Shown here: positions 25,208-38,828 of the stretch, piece by piece
How the letters are laid out: every line of letters begins with the position of its first letter
How positions within the stretch are numbered: the first letter of the stretch is position 1
From: Adineta vaga
Lineage: Eukaryota > Animalia > Rotifera
Direction: 5' to 3'
DNA length: 64,000 bases
Assembly (NCBI GenBank): GCA_021613535.1
Contig: CP075493.1
Span: forward strand, 13,330,001-13,394,000
Translations under genes and position numbers: made by a program
Notes under the pieces: model-generated
What the model saw: only the letters and a program-made list of their open reading frames with translations
Told to the model about the DNA's origin: nothing
Databases searched by the model: none

Positions 25208-28200
25208 ATGGATTGTTTTCGTAGATTCAAACATCATTTATTGACTTTGAATCTTTTCGAAAATGCTAATACACATATCAATGAACTCCAAGCATCAATT
25301 GAACGTCTAACAACTCGTATTTATCTTGCTGTAGTATTGATTTTACTTACAATTTTTACAATCTATCTTTCATTTACTATTGAAACAAAAACTTATACCA
25401 TTGAAAAGCCTTCGCAAGCAAAGTACGAACTACTTCAAGAAAATTATTCATCATCACTCGAATGTCCTTGTTCAACTGTGACGATTCCACATCGAGAATT
25501 TCTATCTATTTCACCTATTTATCATGAAGTTTGCTCAAGTATTTTCGTCTCAAATGTATGGTTGACATCTTTACATAATATTAATCGAACGCGCTACTAT
25601 CAGCTGGATTTTCGAGCAAATGGTATTTCAATATTTCAACTTTTACGTACATTATGTGATTGGAACAAGCGCAATAATCAGATTGCATTGAATCAATTCG
25701 AGAGCACTCTTTTTATTTCTCCTTGTGTTTTATCACCCAAAGATTTTGCGGATAAAACTGCCTCGATATTAACAAATGTTGATCGAACATTCGTTAGGCA
25801 ACATATTCAAACATTACATGTTGTTCAAGAAAGCATGGAAGCTAATCAACTGGTACCAGCTGTTCAGACAACAGGAGTGTTACAGTTATTTTTCGATGGT
25901 CAAATTCGTCTTGTAAATGGTATTTGGAAAGATTTCTGCTGGTGTCCTCAGTATGTAAATTGTATAGACAGGATGGGACTCTACGATGATCTATTCAGTT
26001 TTCAATCAAATGGTATCTATGATGGTGATATTTCGGCACATGTGAATCTACAAGGTTTTATTACTGGTTGTTATACATTACGTGCTCTAATGTATTCGAC
26101 TCTCGAATGTCTCTATAATCAATCTTGTGTTGATCTTTTGGATCAGACAAATAATTCGTATTACAAAGCACTCACTAGAGACAAGAATACATCTACCAGT
26201 TTTTCTGATTCGGAAATGATAATTTCAGGCGATTATTTTATCTTATCTTGGCAAAAAAATAGACAATATTCTGATTATTACAAAATGTGTGCGCCAATAA
26301 ACTGTCGATACACAATTGCGCAGCATGCAGATACTTTTCATATATTGACAAATTTATTCAGTGTGTACGGAGGATTGGTAATAGTATGTCAATTTATAGT
26401 TCCATTGATTGTCAGAAAAATTCGGATATGGTGGACACAACGAGATGCACAACCTGCAACTAGAGAAGATGAAGGTATAAAAAATCTTTTCAAAAATTTC
26501 AGATATATTGAAGATTTGCTTTTCTTTGTAGTAATACCAATTCGAACTCAATTATTTCGTGTATGTCTAATTCTTCGTTCCACTCTCATTGAACTTAATG
26601 TTTTCGATGATATTATTCCTTCTCTTGATCCTCATGAAATTTACAACGGCCGTCTTGCTACTCGTATCTACATTGTTTGCTTTATCCTTATCGCTGTACC
26701 ATTATTGCTTGTTAATTTATTAACGATACGACTTCGCATGGACACCATTGAGAATCCATCGGAATTGACTTTCGAACAACTTCATGCTATTTATAATAAT
26801 TCTCTTCAATGTCCTTGCTCAGATATTGCTATGCCTTATCATGAGTTTAGTAACATCATCTACAAAATACATTCAATATGTAATGGTAGTCATTTTATCA
26901 AGTTCGATTGGTTTGTTAACTTTCCAATGATTATGAAACCTCAATTTACAATTTTGAATAGCATCTGTGAACGATCTCGCACTGCGGTAGATTTAGCTAC
27001 TGCTACATTTACATCATTAGAATTGATAACAGGACATGCATTATCACGCGAATTACTCAATACACAAGTACGTGCAGTATTTTATCAATTGAAAGCACAA
27101 ACACGAGTGGAACTTGTAACAGCAATTCAATTGAATCGAATTTTAACGTATAGTAATAAATTAATGAGAAGATATAATGTTCAAACATATCATTCACCGC
27201 AACACATTGAAACTCTTCTTAGTTCGAATAATAATAATAATAATAATAGTACATGTCACTGTGTGTTGACGCCACAGTGTATCATAGAAATAGTTCCATC
27301 ATTTTACAGAGGATGTTATGCCGTCGATGCTATTTTACTATCAACTCTCGACTGCTTTTATACTGCCGATTGTATTACTTTAATCGAATCATTTCGAATT
27401 CCGTCTATCATAGAATTAACATGTAATGCAACAGCTTTGAATCCGAATGAAACTCGATTTTTACCAAATACGACCATAGAATCGTTGCTCAATGAGTTAA
27501 TGTTAGAATTATGGGATATTCATATTAATTATACGAGTTATTACAAAAAGTGTAATCCAATCAGTTGTACTTATTCATATAAAAAACCGTACGATATATT
27601 TTCTGTACTAATTCTATTGCTTGGTTTATTCAGTGGTTTGAATGTTATATTGAAAATTCTTGTTCCATTTATTGTTAAAACTATTCGAAATTGTCTTTTT
27701 CATGGACGAATCAATTTCAATTTCAAGGCAAAACTTCTAGTATGGAATACTTTTCCTACTTACGCATCTCAACGAGGTGATATCAATCAATTGTATACAG
27801 AAAAACTTGCAACACGAATCTATGCACTAGCTTTCATTGTAAGTTTTGTCATAACAGCTGTATATAAAACAGCAACAGCACCAACGAAGAATGACATCAT
27901 ATACAATCCAACGCTAGCAACATTTGAACAATTACAAAAAAGATATGGAACAACTGTGAAGTGTCCATGCAAGGAAATTAGCATCAACTGTATAAGTAGT
28001 CAGATCTATATGGAATCTAATTTGAGTTTTTATTTTATAGATGGATCATTTGTTTCGATTTCACCTGCTTTTCATCAAGTTTGCTCGAGTTATTTGACTT
28101 CTCCTTCATGGTTATCGTTTCTTTTCAAATATTCTAATTCAACGAATAACTATCTCTTCATTCTATCTCAGTTTCAATTTCTCACGTACGTTTGTCAAAT

Positions 28201-28954
28201 AACGAATCCATTTGCTCTCAATGTCGTCTTTACTTTTACGAATGATTCATTTATTTCACCACAAACAATCGTAGAAACAACACTACGCTCGGAAGTTTCA
28301 TCTTTAATGTTGAGATTTCTCTTGACTACATCTAAATATATTGCTGAAATGATTGACTTTATTCAAGGACTTATACATGGTAGTGGTATTCTATCAGCAT
28401 TACATACGAATTGGAAATTAATTTTGAATGATCTAGATAATGTGACTATTCACACTGATCCAATTTCCTATGGAAACTGTTCCTGTGGTATATATGCTTC
28501 ATGCACACAAGTAACTGAAATTCCTGGTCTACTCATTGGTTGTTATCCCTCATCAGCAATGATGCAATCGACACTCGAATGTTTCTACAATGAAACATGT
28601 ATTTCGTTATTTTTTGGAGCGAATCAATGGCCATTACTTAATGTAAATAGTCGATCGCGTTTTTCATCATTCCATACAGTGAAATCGATTATTGATCAAT
28701 TGATGATTGATGAATGGAAGAATCATACTAATTATACGTTGTATTATGAGAAATGTGCTCCAACTTCGTGTAGTTTTTCGTATTCAGAGCGATTCAGCTT
28801 TGCTTATATGATGCTCACATTAACTAGTCTTTATGGAGGCCTGACGATGGTTTTACGTTTCATTGTTTATTATTCCGTAAAATACGGTCGAAATTTTTCT
28901 CGTCATGGACATAGAGTACGACGAGTGGATGTAAATGAAAATTATATTAGCTAA
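25208..28954 (+). CDS. Large multi-pass membrane protein with three tandem Cys-rich extracellular repeat units (bdelloid-expanded family); probable in-frame introns 26475-26531 and 27990-28040
   Basis: Three repeats of TRIY-TM...L.CPC...H.VCS...GCY...STLEC.YN..C...YY..C.P..C.Y-TM-GGL. Confidence 0.85.
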   Translation: MDCFRRFKHHLLTLNLFENANTHINELQASIERLTTRIYLAVVLILLTIFTIYLSFTIETKTYTIEKPSQAKYELLQENYSSSLECPCSTVTIPHREFLSISPIYHEVCSSIFVSNVWLTSLHNINRTRYYQLDFRANGISIFQLLRTLCDWNKRNNQIALNQFESTLFISPCVLSPKDFADKTASILTNVDRTFVRQHIQTLHVVQESMEANQLVPAVQTTGVLQLFFDGQIRLVNGIWKDFCWCPQYVNCIDRMGLYDDLFSFQSNGIYDGDISAHVNLQGFITGCYTLRALMYSTLECLYNQSCVDLLDQTNNSYYKALTRDKNTSTSFSDSEMIISGDYFILSWQKNRQYSDYYKMCAPINCRYTIAQHADTFHILTNLFSVYGGLVIVCQFIVPLIVRKIRIWWTQRDAQPATREDEGIKNLFKNFRYIEDLLFFVVIPIRTQLFRVCLILRSTLIELNVFDDIIPSLDPHEIYNGRLATRIYIVCFILIAVPLLLVNLLTIRLRMDTIENPSELTFEQLHAIYNNSLQCPCSDIAMPYHEFSNIIYKIHSICNGSHFIKFDWFVNFPMIMKPQFTILNSICERSRTAVDLATATFTSLELITGHALSRELLNTQVRAVFYQLKAQTRVELVTAIQLNRILTYSNKLMRRYNVQTYHSPQHIETLLSSNNNNNNNSTCHCVLTPQCIIEIVPSFYRGCYAVDAILLSTLDCFYTADCITLIESFRIPSIIELTCNATALNPNETRFLPNTTIESLLNELMLELWDIHINYTSYYKKCNPISCTYSYKKPYDIFSVLILLLGLFSGLNVILKILVPFIVKTIRNCLFHGRINFNFKAKLLVWNTFPTYASQRGDINQLYTEKLATRIYALAFIVSFVITAVYKTATAPTKNDIIYNPTLATFEQLQKRYGTTVKCPCKEISINCISSQIYMESNLSFYFIDGSFVSISPAFHQVCSSYLTSPSWLSFLFKYSNSTNNYLFILSQFQFLTYVCQITNPFALNVVFTFTNDSFISPQTIVETTLRSEVSSLMLRFLLTTSKYIAEMIDFIQGLIHGSGILSALHTNWKLILNDLDNVTIHTDPISYGNCSCGIYASCTQVTEIPGLLIGCYPSSAMMQSTLECFYNETCISLFFGANQWPLLNVNSRSRFSSFHTVKSIIDQLMIDEWKNHTNYTLYYEKCAPTSCSFSYSERFSFAYMMLTLTSLYGGLTMVLRFIVYYSVKYGRNFSRHGHRVRRVDVNENYIS

Positions 28955-29026
28955 AGGATACAATTATGCATATACTCTCTGATAAAAAAAACGTATCATT
29001 CAAAAAATTAAATATTATTCACATGT

Positions 29027-29813
29027 TTACAGATAGTAATCATAAATAATGAATTTAACCCATGCAATCCATGATGGACTAGATATTGAATTCAAATGAA
29101 GAAATTGTATTCCAATTAATGGTGGATTATAAGTTATATTGATCCACTGTCCTGAACTTGTCACACCACTTATATTTGTTGCTAAAGTGAGATGATTCAG
29201 GTCAGAGCCAACATATAAATGATGTTCTGTGTTACCACTAGGAGATTGAGCAATCCTTAAGCATACATAATAAATATTATAGACTCCAGGAAGTTCGAGT
29301 TGAATATATTGTGGAGCATTGCCACCCGAATTAAAATATGTTCCATCACTTGAATTAGGTCGATCAACAAGACCATCACCTTGAGCTGTTGGTGAGCCTG
29401 CAGAAGCTAAATAATTGGAGGCAGTGACGACAGCAAAACTTGATATAGGTAATTCTAGAATAAAATCAAAACAATGAAAATTCTAAGTTACTCTGAGGAT
29501 AATTATGACAGGATTAAATACTTGTTATCGATAATGTCGTTTGATTGATAAATATCAATGAAGAATTTTGATTAGATTTAATATATATTGTAGTACGATT
29601 ATTATCAAATAATTGACAACTCTGATTCATTGAGAAATAATTTAAAACCGATATTATTCCATTAAATTTTATCATTTCACATGTACATTTTTCACGAGAT
29701 GTATTATATAAAATAGTTTTTATATTTCCAATCATGATATAATCCTCTATTTTACCAATAGTCGCACAATTCACGACAGAAAATAACGAGAAAACAATGA
29801 ATATATAAAACAT
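29027..29813 (-). CDS. Secreted protein: PAN/apple-like Cys module + F5/8 type C (discoidin/CBM32-like) domain, 2 exons
   Basis: Exon 1 has a signal peptide plus C.CEM...LNYF..NQSCQLF. Exon 2 (about 29455-29027, absent from the ORF track) reads FNSGGNAPQYIQLEL...IAQSPSGNTEH...SPSWIAW. Confidence 0.7.
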
Positions 29814-31445
29814 AATGCCAGAGTTGTTAAGTAAATTATGTTAGTAGTTTTCTTTTTTCTCTCATTTTTGAAAAGATCTTTTCTATTTCTTTTTCTCTTC
29901 ATTAATATTTAATTACGTCAAAAACGCATCCATATGTGTACACAGTACTATACTATTGACATAAATCACATAAATATTATGTTCTTTTTTCTAAATCATT
30001 ACCAATAAAACAATTAAATTTTTCTTTTTTTTCTCGATCGATGTGAATATGAAAATGGTAAACTCGATTACATTCTCAAGAGAGAAAACATCAATGAAAA
30101 ACTCAGATGCTGATTACAACCGAATGCAACGCCATCTTTTCTTTCTAACTCGATGTGTAAGATGAATAAGACAATTTCTTTTCGATTATTACCAATGTCA
30201 CTAAACTTGCAATTTCTTCTATGAATAGCTTATTATATATATATACAAATGGTTGGTTAGATCACTTCACATTATCTCTCTAGTAATTTTTGTGACACAT
30301 TATTTCGTGATAGTTTAGTTAAAAAATTTTGGCTACTCTTTAAACTACACTATATTTGGAATGTCAAAGCGGACCTTCACCCGTCAGAATGTGTTAATTT
30401 ATTTACAAGCTCTGCTTTATTCGAAGTAGATTATAGAAAAATGAATATCTTTTGCTCTAATAAATGCATATCAATCTAATATGAGTATGGCTGATAAAAT
30501 GGCGAATGAAGAGAAAGAAAATATTTAACGATTAAAATATATGAGTAAAAAATAATTTTATGAAATGAAAATTGAGTATAAATCGAAACCACAGTAATTT
30601 AAGAGAAAACGAGTTCATGCGAAAGACAGTCAATCTTTATTTTCGATTTGATATTCTTTGCCATAACATAAAATAATTATTCTGAGAGTCTAATAAGATT
30701 ACAACTATTATTTTTATAACAAAGACATAATGTATCAACTCTTTACTAAATACCACAGAGCTTTTTTTTTGTTTTTAGGTAAACTAAAAGACTACCTTGC
30801 ATTTTGAATTAGCAAATGACTGAAGTGATTTTTTTTCTCATCTTGACGTGAAGCTAGCATGACGGATTTATGTGAGTTATAGTTATATTTAAAAGCCTTT
30901 AGTATTATTGCTAATTCTATGTTTGTCCCATAAAGATTCCATTATTGCATATCAACTTATTTTATCCATTGATTGTTGAAGTATTTGAGTAGAGGTCTGA
31001 GTGCATTTCAACAAATAAACAGATTGGATGACGCAAACTATTTAGTCTAAATACGCTTCAATCAATTTATCGCAGTGACCTCTGATGAATTAATTATTTT
31101 TTCTTCGATATTTGTTTTCGTTCGGTCTTTTCCCATCACATCTAATATGATGTGATAGAATTAAATACAGCAGAAAAACATGAATTATACCGTTATTTTA
31201 TAATAAAAGCATTGCAAATATACTTTTATTGCACTTTTATGTACGTGCGTAAATGCATATTACTGATGTATATAAATACACGTTTTCTCCCATTATGATC
31301 TCTTCTTCATTATAAAGATTCATTCCTATGATGCGTCTATTCTTTTTCTTGCATAGAAACGTTTGATAATTATTAAATTTCTCTTGTTATTTGTTTTTTT
31401 CCGTGTAGAATTGATTACACGTTGTTTGAAGTATCACTAGTGAAG

Positions 31446-32416
31446 ATGTCATTACCATATCTTGGTCAACAATTAACAATTTATATTAGTTCATTTCTTG
31501 TTATTGCTGGAGTCATTGGAAATGGTATCAATATATTAGTATTTGCAAGTAGTCGTTCTTATCGTACAACTCCGTGTACATTTTATTTTCTTATTGGGTC
31601 CATTTTGAATATTATTTACATAATGATAAATCTTGTTTCTCGCATTGTTATATCAGGTGCAGAAGTGGATCTAACTCGAACATCAATCGCTTGGTGTAAA
31701 ATGCGAAATTGGTCTTTGGCAACGATAAGCTTATTCAGTTTGAGTTGTGCATGTTTAGCAACAATCGATCAATTTTTCGCAACATCGCATAGTGCATTTA
31801 TTCGTCGTTTAAGCAATATTAAATGGGCACATCGACTCGCTATCATAATAATTATTGTCTGGTTTTGTCATGGTATTCCTTTTTTAATATATTTCGATAT
31901 TTCACCCATTACGAATACGTGCAGAAGTACTAATCCTGCTTTTACTCTTTATTTTCCGTCGATATATATTCTTACTCTTAATTGCATCATACCTGTTTTA
32001 ATAATGATTGTTTTCGGTTATCTTTCTTATCGTAATATTCGTTTGATACGAGCACTTGCTGATCAACAAGCTAATCGTCAATTAACTAAAATGATTTTAA
32101 TTCAAACAGTACTCGTTGTAATTAGTTATGTACAATATGGAATTAATGGCGCATATACTATAATGACATCTGGAATGAGCAACAAAGATCAAAATCGAAT
32201 ACAGATTGAAAATTTTGCTGCAACATTGGCTAATCTTATGTGTTATTTATACTTTTCGGTAGAGTACAGTTTGATTTATAGTTAATTTAAAAGTAAATCG
32301 TTTTATTTTAGGGAACTTGTTATGTATTTTTAATTTCATCGAGTCGTTTTCGTCGAAAAGTCAAAAAAAAATTATATTTTTGGCAAATGACAAATGAAAT
32401 TAATCCGGGTGTATAG
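31446..32416 (+). CDS. Rhodopsin-like (class A) orphan GPCR, 2 exons
   Basis: Seven hydrophobic segments; GVIGN.INI.VF, WCK.R, LATIDQF. Exon 2 (32312-32416) reads GTCYVFLISSSRFRR. Confidence 0.88.
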
Positions 32417-33465
32417 ATAGAGAACAAACAAATTCTCTTCATTTTGAATTAATTTATTCACAAGCATATGAAAATATTAATTTTTAACTTGACAATATTG
32501 TTAAAGGATGATAATTATCATCCTCTAGATAGTTATATCTTCATTCTATACATATGTTTTCTTTTCGTTCTTTTTTTCTGTTCTTCACAGATTCAAATAC
32601 GTTCGCATATGTTTTCTGTTCTTTTACCATATGTTGTACATATGATGACATACTTTATATTATCCTTTACATTTCATCATCATTTCGTCTTTATTCATTC
32701 TCATTCCAGCGTATTATATCTTTGTTCACATTCATTTCATTATCTTTTTTTTTTTTGATGAATTTCATCATTCATTTCCATTGTTCGTCGCAGTATATAA
32801 AGTTCTGATTTCTTTGCAATAAATCATCACTCACCATCTACCGTCATCTTCACTTTCTCTATCTTCGAGTGACACGCATACAAAAACGTCTGTATTTTCA
32901 AACACATTCTATTTCCGATAAACAATTTCCTTTGTTTATAAACAGAAGAAAGCGTCAAACTCATTATGATGTTTGAACTATAGTTTTAACGTTGAACGAA
33001 TGATTATGTCCTATTTCATCGTAAGCGAGAAAAGAAACTGTGTGTAATTTTTAACAATAAAATCATAACTCATTTTCTTGGGAAAATCTACAGGAAACAA
33101 GATGTTTTAAAGAAAAAACTCATTATTTCAAAGAATACTTTTGAAAAATTATGATTATTCTTAACAAAGAGATGAAAAAAATACGCTTTGAATTTATTTC
33201 AGGTTTAATAAAGAGAAAATGAACCTAAATGTTGACACATCTCTCACACTTTTCAAATTCAGTTCATTTTAGTGTTTATTATTCTGAATTTCTTTGAATT
33301 AGGTTTGCCGCTTACCGATAGTAAATTGTTTCAAGTTCAAATATCTTGCAATTAACGAACTTCAACAAATGCGAATATTGAATTTTATTTGAAATTTAGA
33401 CTGATCCAAATTGTTTGGCATCAATAGCGATTGATTAATAATACCAAAGATATTCATCTCATAAG

Positions 33466-34752
33466 TATGTCATCATGTGTACCTTTTAGTGGCGTATTTT
33501 GGTCAACTTTTTGATGAATTGCGACAGAGAGCTAGACAGTTTTTGCAAAATTTAAATCTTTTTCAATCTATATCACCCACCACGGATCACTATGAACTTC
33601 GAACTCAATGAATATCAACCAGATTATTCATTATTTTGTTAGTCGTGTCACTTTTCATCTTGAGTTTATATAATACTCTGATACAAGTTACAAAAACATT
33701 CAGAACTCTGTCACCTACTCGTACACAATATGTTGAGTTGTATTTGAAGTATCTAATGACACTCTCGTGTCCATGCCAGAGAGTTTCAATTGGTTACGAG
33801 AATATTATGAATATCAGTTATATTATTCATCAAGTGTGTGAAAGTATTTTTGTAACCCAGAAATGGAGTGATTATCTTATTTTAAAGCATCGATCAAGAA
33901 TTCTATTTACTGAAGATTTTCAATGGACAGCTCCATATACATTTCAAGCATTAAGTATGTATTGTCAGCTTATTTCTGAAAGAATATCATATAGTTTTAA
34001 ACAATTTTATTCAAATCAATATGTTATTGGCAATGTTATACCACAAGAACTGTTCGATTTTCAAATTACAGCAATGGTAAAACAATTCAGATCAACAATG
34101 ACAAATAATTTTTTGTTGTCTTTATCGATGATTCGAGATACAACTCAAGCTAATCAATTACTTTCTAATTTTATCCGATCGAAACAAAGATGCACTTGCA
34201 CATTCACGTTTTTATTCTGATTGCTTGTGCAGTACCTCATCGACATGTATTTATCAAACGTCTTTCTACTTTTTTCCCGATACTATAAAAAATATTCTCC
34301 ATTCCTGGCTTTTATGCAGGATGTTACACAATTGAATCTTTACTTCAATCGACTCTCGAATGTTTCCATCAACATACTTGTATCGATCAGATTTTATCAT
34401 TTTAGAATCCACCACTGACCTTTCTCGTTACTCATCCTCGCAATTCATCATTATCAAATAGATATTCTCAATATTCAACAGTTGAAGAACTTGTCAACGA
34501 ATTAATGATTGAAAAATGGCAGTTCACTAGTGTCTATGATCAGTTTTATTCCGAATGCAATCCTCGAGAATGTGTTGATAGTTATGAACAAGAAATGGTT
34601 TCATTTATATTGTGACAAGTGTAATTAGTCTTGTTGGCGGTTTAATAACAGTTCTGAAGATTGTTGTGCCATTTTCAGTTAAAGTTATTCTATATTGTGT
34701 TGAAAAATGTCGAGCAAGAGTTCGTCCAAACACAATGGTTGTGCTTCATTGA
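33466..34752 (+). pseudogene. Disrupted single-unit paralogue of the 25208-28954 Cys-rich TM family
   Basis: [25 protein letters not shown] and GGL motifs. In-frame TGA at 33609-33611 and several frameshifts after about 34170. Confidence 0.8.
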
Positions 34753-35229
34753 TGTTCCTGAAGGATCTTGGTATGAATGGAATAGAATTACTTGACTAAA
34801 TACATATTTATCGTTAATAACCTTTCTTTTGAATATTGTATGTTCGAGACATACGGGGTGTAGATGCGAAGGTGAATTTTTATACTGTTACAGAGAAAAA
34901 TTCGAACAATCCTGATTACCATTCTTATCCATGTATTTCATTCTATTCACGGCCTTATGTTTTGTTTTGTGAAATCACGTGCTTATTTGTCATTGAAGAG
35001 GTGCGATATTGTTAATAAAAAATATAAAATGAAATTCATGTAACTGTATTAGAATACATATGCCACAACAACAATCAATTAAATTGATTTCTTCAATGCA
35101 GTGTGAACACATGGTTTTTTTTTGTTCTTCGAATGAAAATAGGAATTGTTTTTTATAAAATTGATGGCTTTAATAGAATTGTAAATTTTCAGTGAGAACA
35201 CTTTCATACTTGGTGAATAGGAAAAAAGT

Positions 35230-36024
35230 ATGATTATTGTGCTTACGGCACTCATAGCTTGTATTATTTTATCAACAGAAGGTTTGATTATCTATTTGTC
35301 CCTAGTTAAATCTTTTATGAAATAAATACTTTTACAGGACAAACTACGGAGCCACCCAATTACGTTTGCAATGAGCATGATAATTCCGTCGAATTTACAA
35401 CGTCTTCGTCAAATCATTCGGCATGGGATTTGACATCGAATTGCTTTTTACAAGAGTATCAAAAATGCTCACATACTAATAATAGTTGTCGTTCACTATC
35501 AACACCCTGCTTCGACTATCTTACAGTTAATAATACGATTTATAGAACACCCGCCATTCTATGCTCAATTTTGGTACCATGTGACAATATTACCTATACT
35601 TGTGCATCAACTACTTCTGTATGTGTGGTGAACTCATGCTGCTCACCACGAACAGTATGCTTACCATTATTTCTAACGAATTTCTGTACACCATGTAGGC
35701 GTACTGTATTGAAAAATGAATTATAATTTCAATTGTTTCTTTGTTGAAGGTCAATTGACTTATTCATTTTATGAAGGTCAGACAGTTAATCTTGCGTGTG
35801 CAAATTCGATGACACTCAATATTCTGAACGCATTTTTCGGCGTTCTTTCTTGCGTTAACTGCGCTTGTGGATATTGTCATTGTGGAAACATGAATGTCAC
35901 ATCAACGATCGGTTCTCGCTGTGCAGGTCTTGCATCATGCTCATTTACTGCAGATAGATTCACACTTGGTGATCCATGCTACGGCTATCACAAAGTTTTT
36001 CAGGTTACATTCGTCTGCAGTTAA
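35230..36024 (+). CDS. Secreted Cys-rich protein with C-terminal SUEL/rhamnose-binding-type lectin domain (3 exons)
   Basis: Signal-peptide exon at 35230; EGQTVNLAC...ILNAFFG...RCAGLASCSF...GDPCYGYHK.FQVTFVC. Confidence 0.8.
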
Positions 36025-36719
36025 AAACAGAAAATAATTTTATTTTAGATTTTATATAAAATCAATTTTGTCACATTACTATTCCTTTAAAAAGTGAGAT
36101 ATATCCTACAATGACGCTATAAGATCTGAATTTGTCATATATTAAAATTATTTAAGAGTCCGAATTATCTAGAAGAAAAAAATTCATAAATTTTGAAATT
36201 AGCGATATATTTATATTAGTGGTAATCAATTGTGATTCTGAACTTTTAATATAGTTCGAAACATATTACATGTATCATACTTGGATTATTTACATTTCTC
36301 TCATAAGTGTTTTCTTTACAATTCATGAAATCGTGTGCTTTGAATATTATGTCGGAGAGAAGAAATTCTCTGTTCTGCATGGCTATGTACAACGTTTTAA
36401 AAAACAATTAATTATTATCATCGTAGCTAGTAACGTCGTAGATTATGTTAATAACAAATGAAATGTTGACAATAAATACGTTTTTTCTGTATATCTGAAA
36501 ATATTAATTATTTCCACTCATGCCACGGGAAAATTTCATCTATCGATAAAACAGAAATATATCAGTGTTGATTCAATGATGATAAACGAGATCTCATCAA
36601 TCTTGAGAGAAAATATACACTATATTAACCAACGCGAAAAACAATATCTATAGAAGATTATTTCATTCATTTTCGATATATACATTACTCAATACTTTTG
36701 AAATTGACGAGCAAACGAA

Positions 36720-38457
36720 ATGCTGCGTGTGACATCAATAGCTTTCATATTATTTGTAACTTTACCGTTATTCTCAACGTATACCCTCCGATATGATGAA
36801 TCTACATACTGCCAAGCTATAGAAGGTTTTGAGTGCAAATGCACAGATTATCGTATAACATGTACCAATGAACATCAATTGTCATTACCAATAAAGATTC
36901 TAGACGATGTAAAACACAATTATCAATCTGTCGAAGTGAATATAATGGCTCCATCATATGACATTGTTGTCGATGATCGTACATTTGAAACGATCAAACA
37001 ACTATACAGTGCTGATGCAAATGCGCTACAATTTCGTATTGAATTCGAAAAATTTACTGCACTTAACTTCATATCACCGGGATTTTCAAATCAGTGTTTC
37101 CAGATAATTTATCCAAAAACACTACCAAACATTTGGTAAAATACAACTAATTTTTTCAATCATTTATTTTCTTTCATTTACCAATTTTAGGCCATGAAAA
37201 TTTATAATCTGGAGGTGGAACCAAATGATCATGAGCATTTATTTCAAAATTTGCATGTTGATTCATTCGAAGTTTATTTCTTATATCCACTTCGTGGCAC
37301 ATTTCAACAATTGTTCGATGGTGCAAATATCAAATATTTACGTTTAACTGGTGGCGAAATTCGTTCGGATGTTTCACAACCATTCACAGGCATTATTCAT
37401 CGTTTAGAAATAGCGAAACAAGCTAGCACGCTAAGCGTACAAAATTTTCCTGTCTATCCAGCACATGAAATGATCATCAATGCATTTTATGTTATGGACT
37501 TTAATAGCGAACATCCATCGAATTATAAAAACTTAGCTGAGTTGCATGTTCATAGTTTGGATCAAATTCCAGCCAATGCTTTTCAAGACTATCCAAATAT
37601 TCGTACTTTATCAATTTCCAGTGAAAAAGCTATTGATCTTCGTGCATTAGATGGTTTGAAAAATTTAGAAGAACTTATAATCAAAGATGGACCAGTAAAT
37701 TTAGAACTGTGAAACAATTTACCTAAATTAAAAGAATTTCAAATGAATATAGAAAAATTAGATGACAAAAATCAATGTAAATTAATTGAAAACGTAGCAA
37801 ACGGACAGTTTGCCGTACGAGGTAAATACCAAACTAGATAAAACGAATTCGAATCATTCATTTCTCTTTCTAGCGATTTCAAATTATGAAGAATGTAATT
37901 GTATAATTGTCTATTTGAATGTTATTCAGGGCGAAACACCATGTGATGTCGAACATTGTGAACAATCATCATGTGCAGTAATTAAAAACAATTATGATGC
38001 AGAAACCCATACATTTAAAATACCATTGCCTATTCTACGTTCTGATGGTACAAATGCATTGTGTGAACGTAAACAACAAGTATATTATACACCATATCAA
38101 ATACCACAGGAAGATCGAAATAAATTTGAAAATGGTACGGCAAAAGTAGAAGAACCACAATTACAAGATGAATGGAAAATACCTATGAATACTAACAATC
38201 CAGAAGAATCTTCCATTACAAGAAGTATGTTAAATATACACACACTGTAATGAAAGTTGTCGAAATGTTTTATTAAACCAATTGTGTTATTTTTAGATCA
38301 ACCAGAAGAAATTGATAAAGAAAAACTCTCACAAAAGACGACAGAGAACCTCAATGAAATACAGAATTTAGCTCGAATTATAAAAGTACTTGCCGATAAA
38401 ATACAAGAGCTAACACAAAATGATCATTTAGATACACGGATGGAAAATATCGATTGA
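36720..38457 (+). pseudogene. Secreted LRR-type protein, disrupted
   Basis: Signal peptide, C.C..Y.I.C cap and IPANAF..YPNIRTLSI/ALDGLKNLEELII LRRs. Frameshift near 37085; in-frame TGA at 37710-37712 with coding-like sequence continuing after it. Confidence 0.7.
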
Positions 38458-38828
38458 TCACAAGAAGAAGTATATTATAAGCTTTTAAAAACAAAATGCC
38501 CTTTTTTCCCTTTCTATTATCTTCTGATGCTATCATATATTCATTGCCTTTTCTTATCCTAAGAGTTTATTCTTGAATCCTTTAATCTGCTTTTGCTTCT
38601 TTGACGTGTTAAAAACACAAAACTGTCATTTTTAAAAGTTCCCTCGATTAAAAAAATATGCTTCCGTATGCCTATTCGATACATAGATCAAAACGAAAGA
38701 TGATCTGTGTTATAGTGATGGAAACAATTGGGCTTAACAAATTTGAAGTTAGTAATTTTAGATTCTTGAATCTCTTTGTTGATACAGGACTCTTTTTTTT
38801 CTAAACAGCTAAAGGATCGATAATATTC

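Noticed and set aside
26475-28040. Stop-free 3n introns (57 and 51 nt; also 3156-3206) as regulated intron retention
   Set aside because: Expected by chance fairly often for introns this short, and there is no transcript evidence.
32468-32808. Phe/Ile/His-rich ORFs
   Set aside because: T-rich low-complexity sequence with no motif or splice support.
37710-37712. In-frame TGA (also 33609, 43992) as selenocysteine or an alternative genetic code
   Set aside because: The same genes carry frameshifts or TAA stops, and TGA is a normal stop for intact genes here (17530, 24162, 63321).
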